NCBI GenBank assembly: GCA_018238155.1
Contig: JABCTZ010000032.1
Coordinates: 96,001-160,000, forward strand
From: Candidatus Heimdallarchaeota archaeon
GTDB lineage: Archaea; Asgardarchaeota; Heimdallarchaeia; JABLTI01
Direction: 5' to 3'
DNA: 64,000 nt
The notes beneath the pieces are model-generated. The model searched no databases, was not told where the DNA came from, and saw only the letters and a program-made list of their open reading frames with translations. Positions 16,260 to 25,726 of this stretch are shown here, one piece after another; position 1 is the stretch's first letter, and each line of letters opens with the position of its first letter. The position numbers and the translations under genes are program-made.

Positions 16260-18839
16260 CTAAGCTATTTCTTGAGTATCAAATTGTAGTTGAGTCAATG
16301 CTGCAGTAATACCCGCATCATCTGTTATATCCATTGCATTGCTAATAGCTGTAAAAGCATCTCGCCATACTGCTAAATAGCTTTCAAAGTAATCTGGGAT
16401 TAATTCTGTATCAAGATTGCTAAAAATATCTGTTATTAGTATACTCTCAGCAGAATCCATTGTTGTTTGTGCACTGACGTAATCAGTAGCTTTATACTCT
16501 TCACAAGCCGTCCACAATAAACCTGTTGCATCAGCTAATTGTGCAGTATAATTACCAAATTCTTTTGGTTTGAAATCACTAATTAGTGTCTTTTCAAAAT
16601 CAGCACCAATATCATTGAAGAAACTACCATATTCGTTAGCATTTATCTTATTTCTAAATGATATTGCTGCAATATCAGCTAAGTCACCAAAGTTTTTTGT
16701 ATCTGTAGCATCAGCAATTATCGAAGGCATGGGTGAAGCTGTATAATCAACTGCAAGAATATCGTTTCCTTCTGTACTGAATATGCTTAAAACACTTGTA
16801 ATTCCAATATATGTGCTAGCAAAAGACTTCTGTTCATTGAGTAAAGGATCCATTAAGTCCAATAGATCTGTAAGCATCAATGAAAAACCATCTGTAATTT
16901 CAACAGCAAAGATAGCTCCTAATGTACCAGGATCAAAATCCTGAATACCTCCTTTTGATCGGATATCAGCGATTTTCATTGTTGCATTTTCGTAAGCTTC
17001 ATATGCTTCAACAAATCGATAATTCTTTAGATAGTCATTACCAACTAATGCGTAATATGAAATCCAGAGCATCTCCTTTGTAGGAGTTAAAGATTCATTA
17101 GCAAAACGTACAAATGATTGCAATCCATCAAGATGTCCTCGGTACTCGCCAAGTTTGTCTTGCAATTGAGATATAACATCACTTATTTTTTCTGGAAAAG
17201 TTGACAAATCTAATTCAGATAAGGATTCTGCAACTTCATCAAAAGAACCTGATACATCAGCTGTTTCTAAAACATTAAGAGCATAATTAAGGTTTTCTTG
17301 TGCAGCTTCCATACCTTCAATAGAGCTTCTGATACTTGCTCGTAAATCATCAGTATTTGTAACATTGTCTGCAAGGTAATTTGTGTCGCCATCACCAATA
17401 AAAGGTGAAGCGCTACTTGATTGTCCAAAATCAGCCATACTTCCAGTTGCATTATTGAAACTGTTAGTTAGTTGGAAAATTCCACTAAATAATGGATAGA
17501 GAACATGAGTAAAGGAAAGCGTAGCTAGTGCAAGCTGATCTCCTGCCTCAATCAATGGTCCGTACTGTCCAGATACTAGCACAGCAAAGTTAATCACACC
17601 AATATTTCTTAATCCTTGATAATTTATCTGAGAAATATTGAACCAATACCCTGCATCTTGAAGATTTCCTTCGATATTCTCTCCAAGAATAGATGGATTA
17701 TTATCTAAATCTTCAAAACTAGTAAATGCAGTTGTTAACTGTGATGATCCAGCCAAGAATGCAGTGCTTGCTTGTATAATTCCATATGTGGATGAAAATA
17801 GAATTGGTGTAAAAACAGCAAAGATTATTAGTCCAATACTGAGTAATGGAATTCCAATCCAATTGCCAACTTTCTTCTTTGGTTTTGCAATATTTTTGGT
17901 TAAAGCGGCAGCAATTGTAACCACAATTACCATCAGAACAAACATTAGAACTAAATCAATGATCCAAACCCATGTTTGAATTCGACCGAAATCAAAATTA
18001 ACATTAAATAGGCTTTGGAATGCCTCATATGCGCCTAATGCAAAATCCGTGCTTGCAAATAATGGTGTTAAAGGATTGAGTAGTGATAAATTAAATATCA
18101 AAGTTATAAACGGTAAAGCAAAGGTAACGGTAAAAATAATCAAAGCACCTATTAGTCCTTTCTGTATGCTTCTGCTAGCTAATCCTGGGATCATCAATGC
18201 AATAAGAACTACTACTAGCTCAATGTAATATAAATCAGGACTGCCTGCACCATTCTTCCATAATGGAATAGTGAACAATATTTCAGCTAAAATAGCGATA
18301 AATAGCCCTATGCCAAACCCAATCCAAAATGAAGTATTTTGTTTCTTCCTTTTCTTCTTCTTTTTCTTTTTGGGTTCTTTAATTTCAGTAACTTCAAAAG
18401 TATGCTCTTCGGCATCGATTTCAGCTACTTGCCCTTCTTCATCGAAATCAATTGGTTTTTCGTCAGGTAGGGGTATTGTAGGAATATCTAATTCTATTTC
18501 TGCTTCTTCTTCTGAAACTTCCTCGACTTCTTCCTCATCTTCAGTAATCTCTTCAATTTCAACAACTGGTTCAGTTTCTAGTTCTTCGTCTGTTTTCTCG
18601 ATTTCAGCTTCGCTTTCTTCGATAGAATCATCTGTTGTAACAGTTTCTTCTATTTCTTCTGAACTTTCTGTTGATTCAAGATCTTCAGCAATTTCTTCGC
18701 TGTCTTTCTCAACTTCATTGGAGATTTCTGCTTCTTCGGTTTGAAGAGGGTTTTCTTTGTCCTCTTCCTCAGTCACTTGAGTGGTTTCAGCTTCCTCTTG
18801 GGTTTCTTCTAATTCACCCTTAATATTTTCTTCGGACAA
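16260..18839 (-). CDS. Large membrane protein: Glu-rich disordered N-terminus, poly-Lys patch, about 5-6 TM helices, large helical C-terminal domain
   Basis: 859-aa ORF; call is based on composition and hydrophobicity pattern. Confidence 0.6.
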   Translation of the reverse strand: MSEENIKGELEETQEEAETTQVTEEEDKENPLQTEEAEISNEVEKDSEEIAEDLESTESSEEIEETVTTDDSIEESEAEIEKTDEELETEPVVEIEEITEDEEEVEEVSEEEAEIELDIPTIPLPDEKPIDFDEEGQVAEIDAEEHTFEVTEIKEPKKKKKKKRKKQNTSFWIGFGIGLFIAILAEILFTIPLWKNGAGSPDLYYIELVVVLIALMIPGLASRSIQKGLIGALIIFTVTFALPFITLIFNLSLLNPLTPLFASTDFALGAYEAFQSLFNVNFDFGRIQTWVWIIDLVLMFVLMVIVVTIAAALTKNIAKPKKKVGNWIGIPLLSIGLIIFAVFTPILFSSTYGIIQASTAFLAGSSQLTTAFTSFEDLDNNPSILGENIEGNLQDAGYWFNISQINYQGLRNIGVINFAVLVSGQYGPLIEAGDQLALATLSFTHVLYPLFSGIFQLTNSFNNATGSMADFGQSSSASPFIGDGDTNYLADNVTNTDDLRASIRSSIEGMEAAQENLNYALNVLETADVSGSFDEVAESLSELDLSTFPEKISDVISQLQDKLGEYRGHLDGLQSFVRFANESLTPTKEMLWISYYALVGNDYLKNYRFVEAYEAYENATMKIADIRSKGGIQDFDPGTLGAIFAVEITDGFSLMLTDLLDLMDPLLNEQKSFASTYIGITSVLSIFSTEGNDILAVDYTASPMPSIIADATDTKNFGDLADIAAISFRNKINANEYGSFFNDIGADFEKTLISDFKPKEFGNYTAQLADATGLLWTACEEYKATDYVSAQTTMDSAESILITDIFSNLDTELIPDYFESYLAVWRDAFTAISNAMDITDDAGITAALTQLQFDTQEIA

Positions 18840-19020
18840 CTGTAATCATTTCCTCCGATTTTTTATAATCTACATCTAAATCAATTACAAAATGAAAGCT
18901 AATATAGCAGCTCTAATTTTGTTACTAAACTATATTCTGAGCTTAGTGTATAATAAGATAACTGCCTTTACATAATTTAACAACAAAAAATCGAACCAAA
19001 AAAGATTTCCTTTCCAATTT

Positions 19021-19443
19021 TTATTTGAAAACAACTCTAAAGTCAGAAGCAATTTCTTTTTCAAATTGAAGTGCATTTTGGTAAAGCTTATGGATTGATC
19101 CAATCTCTCTCTTGTTCTTAGGTAAAAAAGCAATAATAGTAATTTTTGTATCAAGATTTTCTTTCCCTATTTGTGAGATAAAATGATAAGCAATATCAAT
19201 ATTTTTCTCTGATTCCCAAGCTTGTATTGCAGCTAATTTTTTCACTCCTCGTAAGTTAAGGAATTTTGCTACATCAAACATGAACCCTGGTTTAAGTGTT
19301 GCTTTGTATTCTCTCTCTCTTTGAGAGACAGGACCTTTAATATTCTGTCCAAATACTTTCTTTATATTCTCAAAGAGAAGTGGAAGAGTTTTAGTATCTA
19401 AAATTTTACTATGGGTAATTGATGAATTCGTATTTGACATCAT
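19021..19443 (-). CDS. Orphan NuoC/complex I 30-kDa subunit-like protein
   Basis: YHF...SIHKLYQNALQFEKEIASDFRVVF matches the S-x3-Y-x2-A-x3-ERE-x2-D-x-FG-x2-F pattern, but the protein ends before the GHP motif. Confidence 0.6.
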   Translation of the reverse strand: MMSNTNSSITHSKILDTKTLPLLFENIKKVFGQNIKGPVSQREREYKATLKPGFMFDVAKFLNLRGVKKLAAIQAWESEKNIDIAYHFISQIGKENLDTKITIIAFLPKNKREIGSIHKLYQNALQFEKEIASDFRVVFK

Positions 19444-19727
19444 TCTCTCTCAATAAATTCTCTAATTATTAATCTATTATTCTTACCTTTAGAGTTTTCG
19501 ATTTATTTTACCCTCTAGGAAAAAAGCATTAAATTCAATTAATGCTTCTTACTTTGTTATTGTCAGTATCAAATAATTACAGTAAAATTCCTATATAGTT
19601 CTGTTTTTAAATGGTTGATAGTATCTTAATTTAGGACACGTTTGGTTTCGTAGTTGTAAATAGAAACAATTTTTCTCCTACAGAATCTTCTATCCTGTAA
19701 ATCATATTGGGAAAATGATCGACAACA

Positions 19728-20003
19728 ATGTCTGTACAAAAAATATTTGGTTTGATTGTAACTGAACAAAAAGTTCCATTACTAGAAAAACCAGAAGAAA
19801 AAGATCAATGTTATTTATGCGGTTTTACATTTGGTGATGAGGATTGCGTATTGGTACTTGTAAATGAAGATCTCAATGAACGTAGAAAGACTCATCAGAA
19901 ATGTTTACAGAGTCATATACAATTAATATCTAAAGATACAAAAATAGCTCTCGTTTGTGTAGAAACAAATGAAGTAATCGCTTATACTACAAATGGGAAA
20001 TAA
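19728..20003 (+). CDS. Small putative zinc-finger protein (CxxC...HxxC)
   Basis: CYLC-x24-HQKC. Confidence 0.5.
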   Translation: MSVQKIFGLIVTEQKVPLLEKPEEKDQCYLCGFTFGDEDCVLVLVNEDLNERRKTHQKCLQSHIQLISKDTKIALVCVETNEVIAYTTNGK

Positions 20004-20140
20004 TCTAATAGAAGTCTGTTTTTTGGCTCCATTATTTCACAGCTTATTGATTTTGCATTTGAAATCCCAGAATAACAATTAAACATAAATTCTATATGTA
20101 AGATAATAGTATCATACATTAAATAGTAGAGTTATTCTAA

Positions 20141-21166
20141 GTGGAGTGTAAAGAATTGGCGCAAAAAGTTTTCGTTTCTACAAATTTGACCCCAAATATA
20201 TTGATGCATGTTTTTTCTTGCCTTGAAATTGAGGGGTCGTTTTACGATTCCGAGTATGGAATGAAGCATCATTTCACTTTGTTGGATGATGAATATGAAG
20301 AATGGAATGGACACGCAAAGAAATGCATGACTCTTGGATGCAATGCTGAACTTTATGCTGTTCTTTTTCAAATCCCAAGCTTTATTCCAACAGATGACAT
20401 TGATATGATACTTGGTTCATTTGATAAAATCTCTGAAGCTTTAACAGAAGGGTCAATTGATGTTTTAATAGCAAGTTACCCTGAATTATTTGATACATTG
20501 TCAACATATGCTCCAAAGGAAGTTTTTGATAATCATTTTAAAAAGCTAAACAATCATGTTGAAACCATACAAAAGGTAATAGTTTTTTTCAAGAAGATTC
20601 TAAGAGGGCTCTGGGAAAGGTTCTATTCTGAATACTGGGAAAAAGAAGGTAAAATTAAATTACTAAAAAGGGCCGAGCATTTAAATACCATAATTAACCC
20701 GATAAATATTGTAAGTGCTTGGCATAAGGTTTTGAAATTGGACTTTCCATATTCAGAATTCTCTGCTATTCTTGTAGAAGCAACAAATACCGTTGCTACG
20801 AACCTTTTAGCAGAACAAGTGATGATTTCATTAAAAGCCGAAGATAAAGACGTTTACAAAATATTGACTCATGAAGTTGGAAGAAGCTTCTTACTCAATA
20901 CAAAGCTATTTGAAAACGAAAAAATAAAAGTGATAGCTGATTCTAATATAGATCGACTTTCTATGATTATTGATGCAGCTTGTTTACATATTAAAGGGTG
21001 CTTATTTGATACTTTAAGAATTCGGTCTGATGAGCTTGATCCCTATGTTGTTCCTGGAATCAAAGAAATAGTGGATATCTTTGGTACAATTTGGGATACG
21101 ATGGATGAGAAGAATATTTTTGAAGTAATTTCTCAAACTTATAATAAATTATCACCTATTGCTTAA
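20141..21166 (+). CDS. Hypothetical protein with a degenerate zincin-like motif
   Basis: 341-aa ORF containing ILTHEVGR. Confidence 0.55.
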   Translation: MECKELAQKVFVSTNLTPNILMHVFSCLEIEGSFYDSEYGMKHHFTLLDDEYEEWNGHAKKCMTLGCNAELYAVLFQIPSFIPTDDIDMILGSFDKISEALTEGSIDVLIASYPELFDTLSTYAPKEVFDNHFKKLNNHVETIQKVIVFFKKILRGLWERFYSEYWEKEGKIKLLKRAEHLNTIINPINIVSAWHKVLKLDFPYSEFSAILVEATNTVATNLLAEQVMISLKAEDKDVYKILTHEVGRSFLLNTKLFENEKIKVIADSNIDRLSMIIDAACLHIKGCLFDTLRIRSDELDPYVVPGIKEIVDIFGTIWDTMDEKNIFEVISQTYNKLSPIA

Positions 21167-21254
21167 TCATCATCCTTTTTTTGCTATTTTTTTAAATAGT
21201 AAATATATAGTAACAGTTATTTTTTACTAGGATATCTATTATCTGGTTATAAAA

Positions 21255-22427
21255 ATGAATGTTGCAGAAATCGTAGATCAGATTGATTCTGAACTGATAA
21301 TTCGACTTACAAAAAAATTGGTTTCAATGGATAGTCAAAATCCACCTGGTAAATGTAATCACCATGCAAAATTCCTTGCAGAAGAATGTAAGAAGTTTGG
21401 TTTCGAAACAAAAATCTATCCGCTTGACGATAATCGTCACAATATTACTGTTTCTTTTGGAGAAGGTGAACGGGATATAGTACTAAGTGGTCATCTTGAT
21501 ACAGTTCCAATTGGTGATTCTTCCAATTGGAAATATCCGCCATTAAAAGCGACAGAAGAAAATGGACGATTGTATGGGCGTGGAACTGTAGATATGCTTG
21601 GAGGAGTTGCAACTCTGATTGGTGTTATGGAACTTCTTCATAGAATGGATATAAAATTTAATCACAGAATTGTTTTTGTCGGAACCGCGGATGAGGAGGT
21701 AGGAATGCTTGGTGCATTTCATTTACAAGAAAAGGGCATAATGGATGCTGCTGATTGTTTGATTATTACTGAAGCTACTGCCCTTAAAATAGGCATAGCT
21801 GAGAAAGGACCATATTGGATTAGGTTATATGTAAAAGGAAAATCTGCTCATGGAAGCATGCCTGATGTTGGAATTAATGCTATTGAAGGTGCATGTATTG
21901 CTATTAAATATCTAAAAGAAATTATACCTGTTGTAGAGCATGATCTCCTTGGGAGGACAACAGTAAATATTGGTAGTATAAAGGGTGGAGAGAAAATCAA
22001 CATTGTAGCTGATGAGTGTTATATTGACTGCGATTTTCGACTTATTCCAAGCGTTAATCGTAAAGAGTTTGATTTAGAAATAGAAAAATTAATGGTTCGA
22101 CTCTCAGAAGAGTATCCTTGTACATATTTTCATGAAGTTCTTCATGCAGTCCCAGCTCTTAGTACAAAACCAGATAATCTAATAATTCAAAATTTATTGA
22201 AATGGTCCAATAAAATTGCTAAGCATCCACCAGAACCAATAGGATTAGCTTATGCTACTGATGCCGCAGCATTAATTCCACCTAGGGATATTCCTTTTGC
22301 AATAATAGGTGGTGGCTCTCCTTCATTGCTCCACCAGGATAATGAATATGTGGAAATAGCTGAATTAATTGCTGCTGCTAAAATAATTGCCGGAGCAATC
22401 ATTGATACTTATGGGAAAGAGAAATAA
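21255..22427 (+). CDS. M20 family metallopeptidase (ArgE/DapE-like deacylase)
   Basis: SGHLDTVP, LYGRGTVDM, DEE, EKG, GKSAHGS, TD and a C-terminal His. Confidence 0.9.
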   Translation: MNVAEIVDQIDSELIIRLTKKLVSMDSQNPPGKCNHHAKFLAEECKKFGFETKIYPLDDNRHNITVSFGEGERDIVLSGHLDTVPIGDSSNWKYPPLKATEENGRLYGRGTVDMLGGVATLIGVMELLHRMDIKFNHRIVFVGTADEEVGMLGAFHLQEKGIMDAADCLIITEATALKIGIAEKGPYWIRLYVKGKSAHGSMPDVGINAIEGACIAIKYLKEIIPVVEHDLLGRTTVNIGSIKGGEKINIVADECYIDCDFRLIPSVNRKEFDLEIEKLMVRLSEEYPCTYFHEVLHAVPALSTKPDNLIIQNLLKWSNKIAKHPPEPIGLAYATDAAALIPPRDIPFAIIGGGSPSLLHQDNEYVEIAELIAAAKIIAGAIIDTYGKEK

Positions 22428-22517
22428 ACTCTTTCTTATTTCTTTTAAGAAAGTTTTTTATTGTATGTCGGGACTCAACAAATAGAGAAATGGCTCTTTA
22501 GCTGATAATTATTAGAT

Positions 22518-22976
22518 TTGGTGAAAAAAGAAATGTTAGAAATTAATAAAAGAGAAGATTGGGCATTTTTCTTCTTCTTTGTTGGTGGTAATATGATGGT
22601 CTTTAATGCAATTATCGGTTTTATTATTGCATTTGTTGAAGGCTCAACGATGTATTTCTTAGACGGTTTTGGATTATTTGCATTTATTACTACTACTGGT
22701 TCAAATTGGAATCTTATTTTGGGTGGTATAATTACTATATTTGTAGGAATAATTGCTATTTTAGTTGGCTTGAAACTATTTCTAGTACCTTTTAAAGCAT
22801 TTATGACTAAAATCGATTTAGCAATAACTGGATTGGTTCTTTTATTGCTTGGTGCAAGTTCATTTACTACTGGTGGTTTACTACTTTTTATAGGTGGAGT
22901 CTATTGTTTCATTTATAGATTAACTGTAGAAGGAGCAAAAAATCCGAAAGCAACATCTGCAAGCAAAACCACTTAA
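22518..22976 (+). CDS. Small polytopic membrane protein
   Basis: Three to four hydrophobic, Gly-rich segments. Confidence 0.6.
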   Translation: MVKKEMLEINKREDWAFFFFFVGGNMMVFNAIIGFIIAFVEGSTMYFLDGFGLFAFITTTGSNWNLILGGIITIFVGIIAILVGLKLFLVPFKAFMTKIDLAITGLVLLLLGASSFTTGGLLLFIGGVYCFIYRLTVEGAKNPKATSASKTT

Positions 22977-23092
22977 ACATCCTTTTTTCATTTTGATTTC
23001 CACTTTACTCAAAAATAACACTTTCCAAACTAAAAATCTTTTAAGGATAAATCATTAGGAAACCTATAAAACATATTTCGAGCGAAAGATCT

Positions 23093-25363
23093 ATGGATAA
23101 GGAAAAATATTCCGATGAAGATAATGCTCTTTCAGCATTTGATAATTTTGAAACTTTATCAGAAAGTAATAATTTTAAAATAAATTTTCTAAGTGGTGGA
23201 ACATCATTAGAAAAATCTCAGCATATTGTCTCGAAAATATCTGAAATTGATGATCTTGGTAATTTTCAAGTTATTTTACCTTATTTAAAGAAATTAGAGG
23301 GAATAGTTAAATCTAACACAAAAAACAATGAAATCTTTTTTTGTTTAATTGAAGGCATAACAATTGCATTACAATCACTTGAGGATGATAGAAATGAAGA
23401 AATTCTCATTCAAATAATGGATAAAATCATTCTACTACTTCAGATAAATGTTAAGAATGCAGATTATTTGGCTGCTTTGTGTGATGTGTTTCTTCTTGCA
23501 GAAGAGGTTTTCACAAACAATGATTTGTTAGAAGATCTAGAGAAATACACTCATTTTCTCATTAATTTCTCTCTTGAACATTCAAATAACATTATATTAA
23601 GAACTTCTGCTGCAGATGCAGTAATTATAACTCTCTCTGGATTCGGAATTGATTGGAATTATGAGAAAACTAAGCAATACGGAAAGCTATTGAGGGGATT
23701 ACTTCCGCCTTCTGAAACCAGTGGAATCTTCGCGGGAATACTGATTAAAGGGTTGGCAGAAGAAATTAAGTGTTATGGAGATATGCATGAATTTGGTGCT
23801 TTAGAACGTTCACTTACATTAATGAAAGAAGTTTACTCATCAAATTCAGATTTTAAAATAGAGCTGATTGAAGATTATACAAATGGTTTGATAAATGCTC
23901 TTCGTTGGTTTGGCGAACAAGAAGAAGATTACAATAAAATGATGGCATTACTAAATGAAGTAGCTCAACTTACAAAAGAAAATGCCTTTTTTGAACCGAT
24001 AAAAATTGCTTATGCAAAAGGTTTGAGAATTGCCCTCGACCTTTCCGGTATAATGGATGATCTCGATACTGCTACAAAATTAGCTAAAGCTTTGTATGTT
24101 CTTTCTGAAGAAAATCCAAATATTCGGAAAGTTCAGGTTATTGCTTCAATTGGTTTATTTAAAGCTGCAACTTGGGCGGGGGCATTTTGGGAAACGGGAT
24201 TTGTCACTTCTCTTCTTTCAGATGTAGGTAAAATTCACGAACGATTTCCAAACGATAATAACTTTAAGAAACAACTAGGAAGAGGCTTATTCAACTTAAC
24301 AAAAATATTGACAAAGGTTGGCAAAAAGAAGATTATTGAAAAAATTCTATTTGAAATTAGAAAATTACATAAAGATAATCCTGACTTAATTGAAGTAGCT
24401 CAATATTATTCCAAGTCAATTGTTAATGCGATATTTCTTTTTGGTGAAGTGTCCGAATCTAAAGAAGAAATTTTCTCTTATTTATCTCATTCCAAAATAT
24501 TAGTAAAGACATATCCTGAGGATGAAGAGATAATTTTGAATTACTCCAAAGCTCTTGTTAATGTCATTAGAATTCTAGGGAAATTTGGGCAGTTAGATAA
24601 AATGGAACAAATGCTTGATACTCTAAGAGATTTCAGTACAGAATATGACTCTCGAGTTGTGTTAATTCGTTTAGCTAAAGCATATATTGATGCCATAACC
24701 GCTTATGGAGAAATGACTGAACTCGAAAAAATCATCCCTCTTTACAATGAATTGATTAATTGGGCTGAAGACGATATAGAAGACGTTGTTTTTCAAATTT
24801 TATTAGCAAAAGCAATTGTGAATATTGTAAGCAGTTTTGGTAAAAATAGTAAATATACTGAGATGGAGGTATATCTCGATGATTTACGTTTATTGGTCAA
24901 TGAATTTCCTGAACTTTCGGATGTGAATGTTCAATTAGCTAAAGGATTGTCATTAGCAATACGTTGGTTCATCCAAGCTAATAATTCTGAAAAAGCATTT
25001 GAATTACTGAATGAGATTAATAGGTTACAGTTACAATTTGCAGATGAATTCGAGTTCCATGAGTTATATGCTCGTGCTTCTAGAAGATTATTAGTGTATT
25101 CCACACAAGAAGGAAAAATTTCAAGAGCAAGTTTAATGCTTGAAAATCTTAGAGTATTATTCAAGGCTTATCCAACTGCTGAAATTATTCAATTAGAATT
25201 GGCAAGAGGCTTGTCCTATACAATAATAAAGAAATCCAATGATTATAAAGATCCTATTTTACAATCCTTAGTGATGGAGATAAAAGGCTTGAGAATACAA
25301 TTTCCAAATAACGATAAATTGGAAGAAATCTATATTGCGGTAGAACCGATTTTTAAGGATTAG
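23093..25363 (+). CDS. Alpha-solenoid (TPR/HEAT-like) repeat protein
   Basis: Helical repeats of about 42-44 aa with recurring (A/S)K(G/A)(L/I)xN...G motifs over roughly 600 aa. Confidence 0.6.
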   Translation: MDKEKYSDEDNALSAFDNFETLSESNNFKINFLSGGTSLEKSQHIVSKISEIDDLGNFQVILPYLKKLEGIVKSNTKNNEIFFCLIEGITIALQSLEDDRNEEILIQIMDKIILLLQINVKNADYLAALCDVFLLAEEVFTNNDLLEDLEKYTHFLINFSLEHSNNIILRTSAADAVIITLSGFGIDWNYEKTKQYGKLLRGLLPPSETSGIFAGILIKGLAEEIKCYGDMHEFGALERSLTLMKEVYSSNSDFKIELIEDYTNGLINALRWFGEQEEDYNKMMALLNEVAQLTKENAFFEPIKIAYAKGLRIALDLSGIMDDLDTATKLAKALYVLSEENPNIRKVQVIASIGLFKAATWAGAFWETGFVTSLLSDVGKIHERFPNDNNFKKQLGRGLFNLTKILTKVGKKKIIEKILFEIRKLHKDNPDLIEVAQYYSKSIVNAIFLFGEVSESKEEIFSYLSHSKILVKTYPEDEEIILNYSKALVNVIRILGKFGQLDKMEQMLDTLRDFSTEYDSRVVLIRLAKAYIDAITAYGEMTELEKIIPLYNELINWAEDDIEDVVFQILLAKAIVNIVSSFGKNSKYTEMEVYLDDLRLLVNEFPELSDVNVQLAKGLSLAIRWFIQANNSEKAFELLNEINRLQLQFADEFEFHELYARASRRLLVYSTQEGKISRASLMLENLRVLFKAYPTAEIIQLELARGLSYTIIKKSNDYKDPILQSLVMEIKGLRIQFPNNDKLEEIYIAVEPIFKD

Positions 25364-25372
25364 AAATTTCAA

Positions 25373-25579
25373 TTATTCTAAAGGTGGAAAGATATCTTCA
25401 ACAGGTCCTCGTTTTCGTTGGTTCCGAGGTCTAGGAATTCTATTAAGTGGATCAGGTGGCAGATTGCGATAACACTCTTTACAAACAAGTTTTGGTCCAT
25501 TTGGAAAATTATAAACCTTTAATTCTTCACGCATAGCGACTTTGTGACATATACTGCAATGATCAAATGACTGAAGCAT
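25373..25579 (-). CDS. Small CxxC...CxxC zinc-finger protein
   Basis: CSIC-x20-CKEC followed by a Pro/Arg-rich tail; purine-rich GAAGGA just upstream of the ATG. Confidence 0.55.
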   Translation of the reverse strand: MLQSFDHCSICHKVAMREELKVYNFPNGPKLVCKECYRNLPPDPLNRIPRPRNQRKRGPVEDIFPPLE

Positions 25580-25726
25580 TTTTCCTTCAACTCTAATATA
25601 GATAATCCAAACTTATAATAATGCTACTCCGTTATCAAATAAAAAAGTTCCATTAATAGAAAGCTTTTTCAAAAGCAAAGATTTGTTCAGCAATTATCAA
25701 CTTTCAGTAAAACTTGAATAACTATC

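Noticed and set aside
18271-18744. 157-aa Ser-rich ORF on +
   Set aside because: It is the antisense shadow of the Glu-rich (GAA) N-terminus of 16260-18839.
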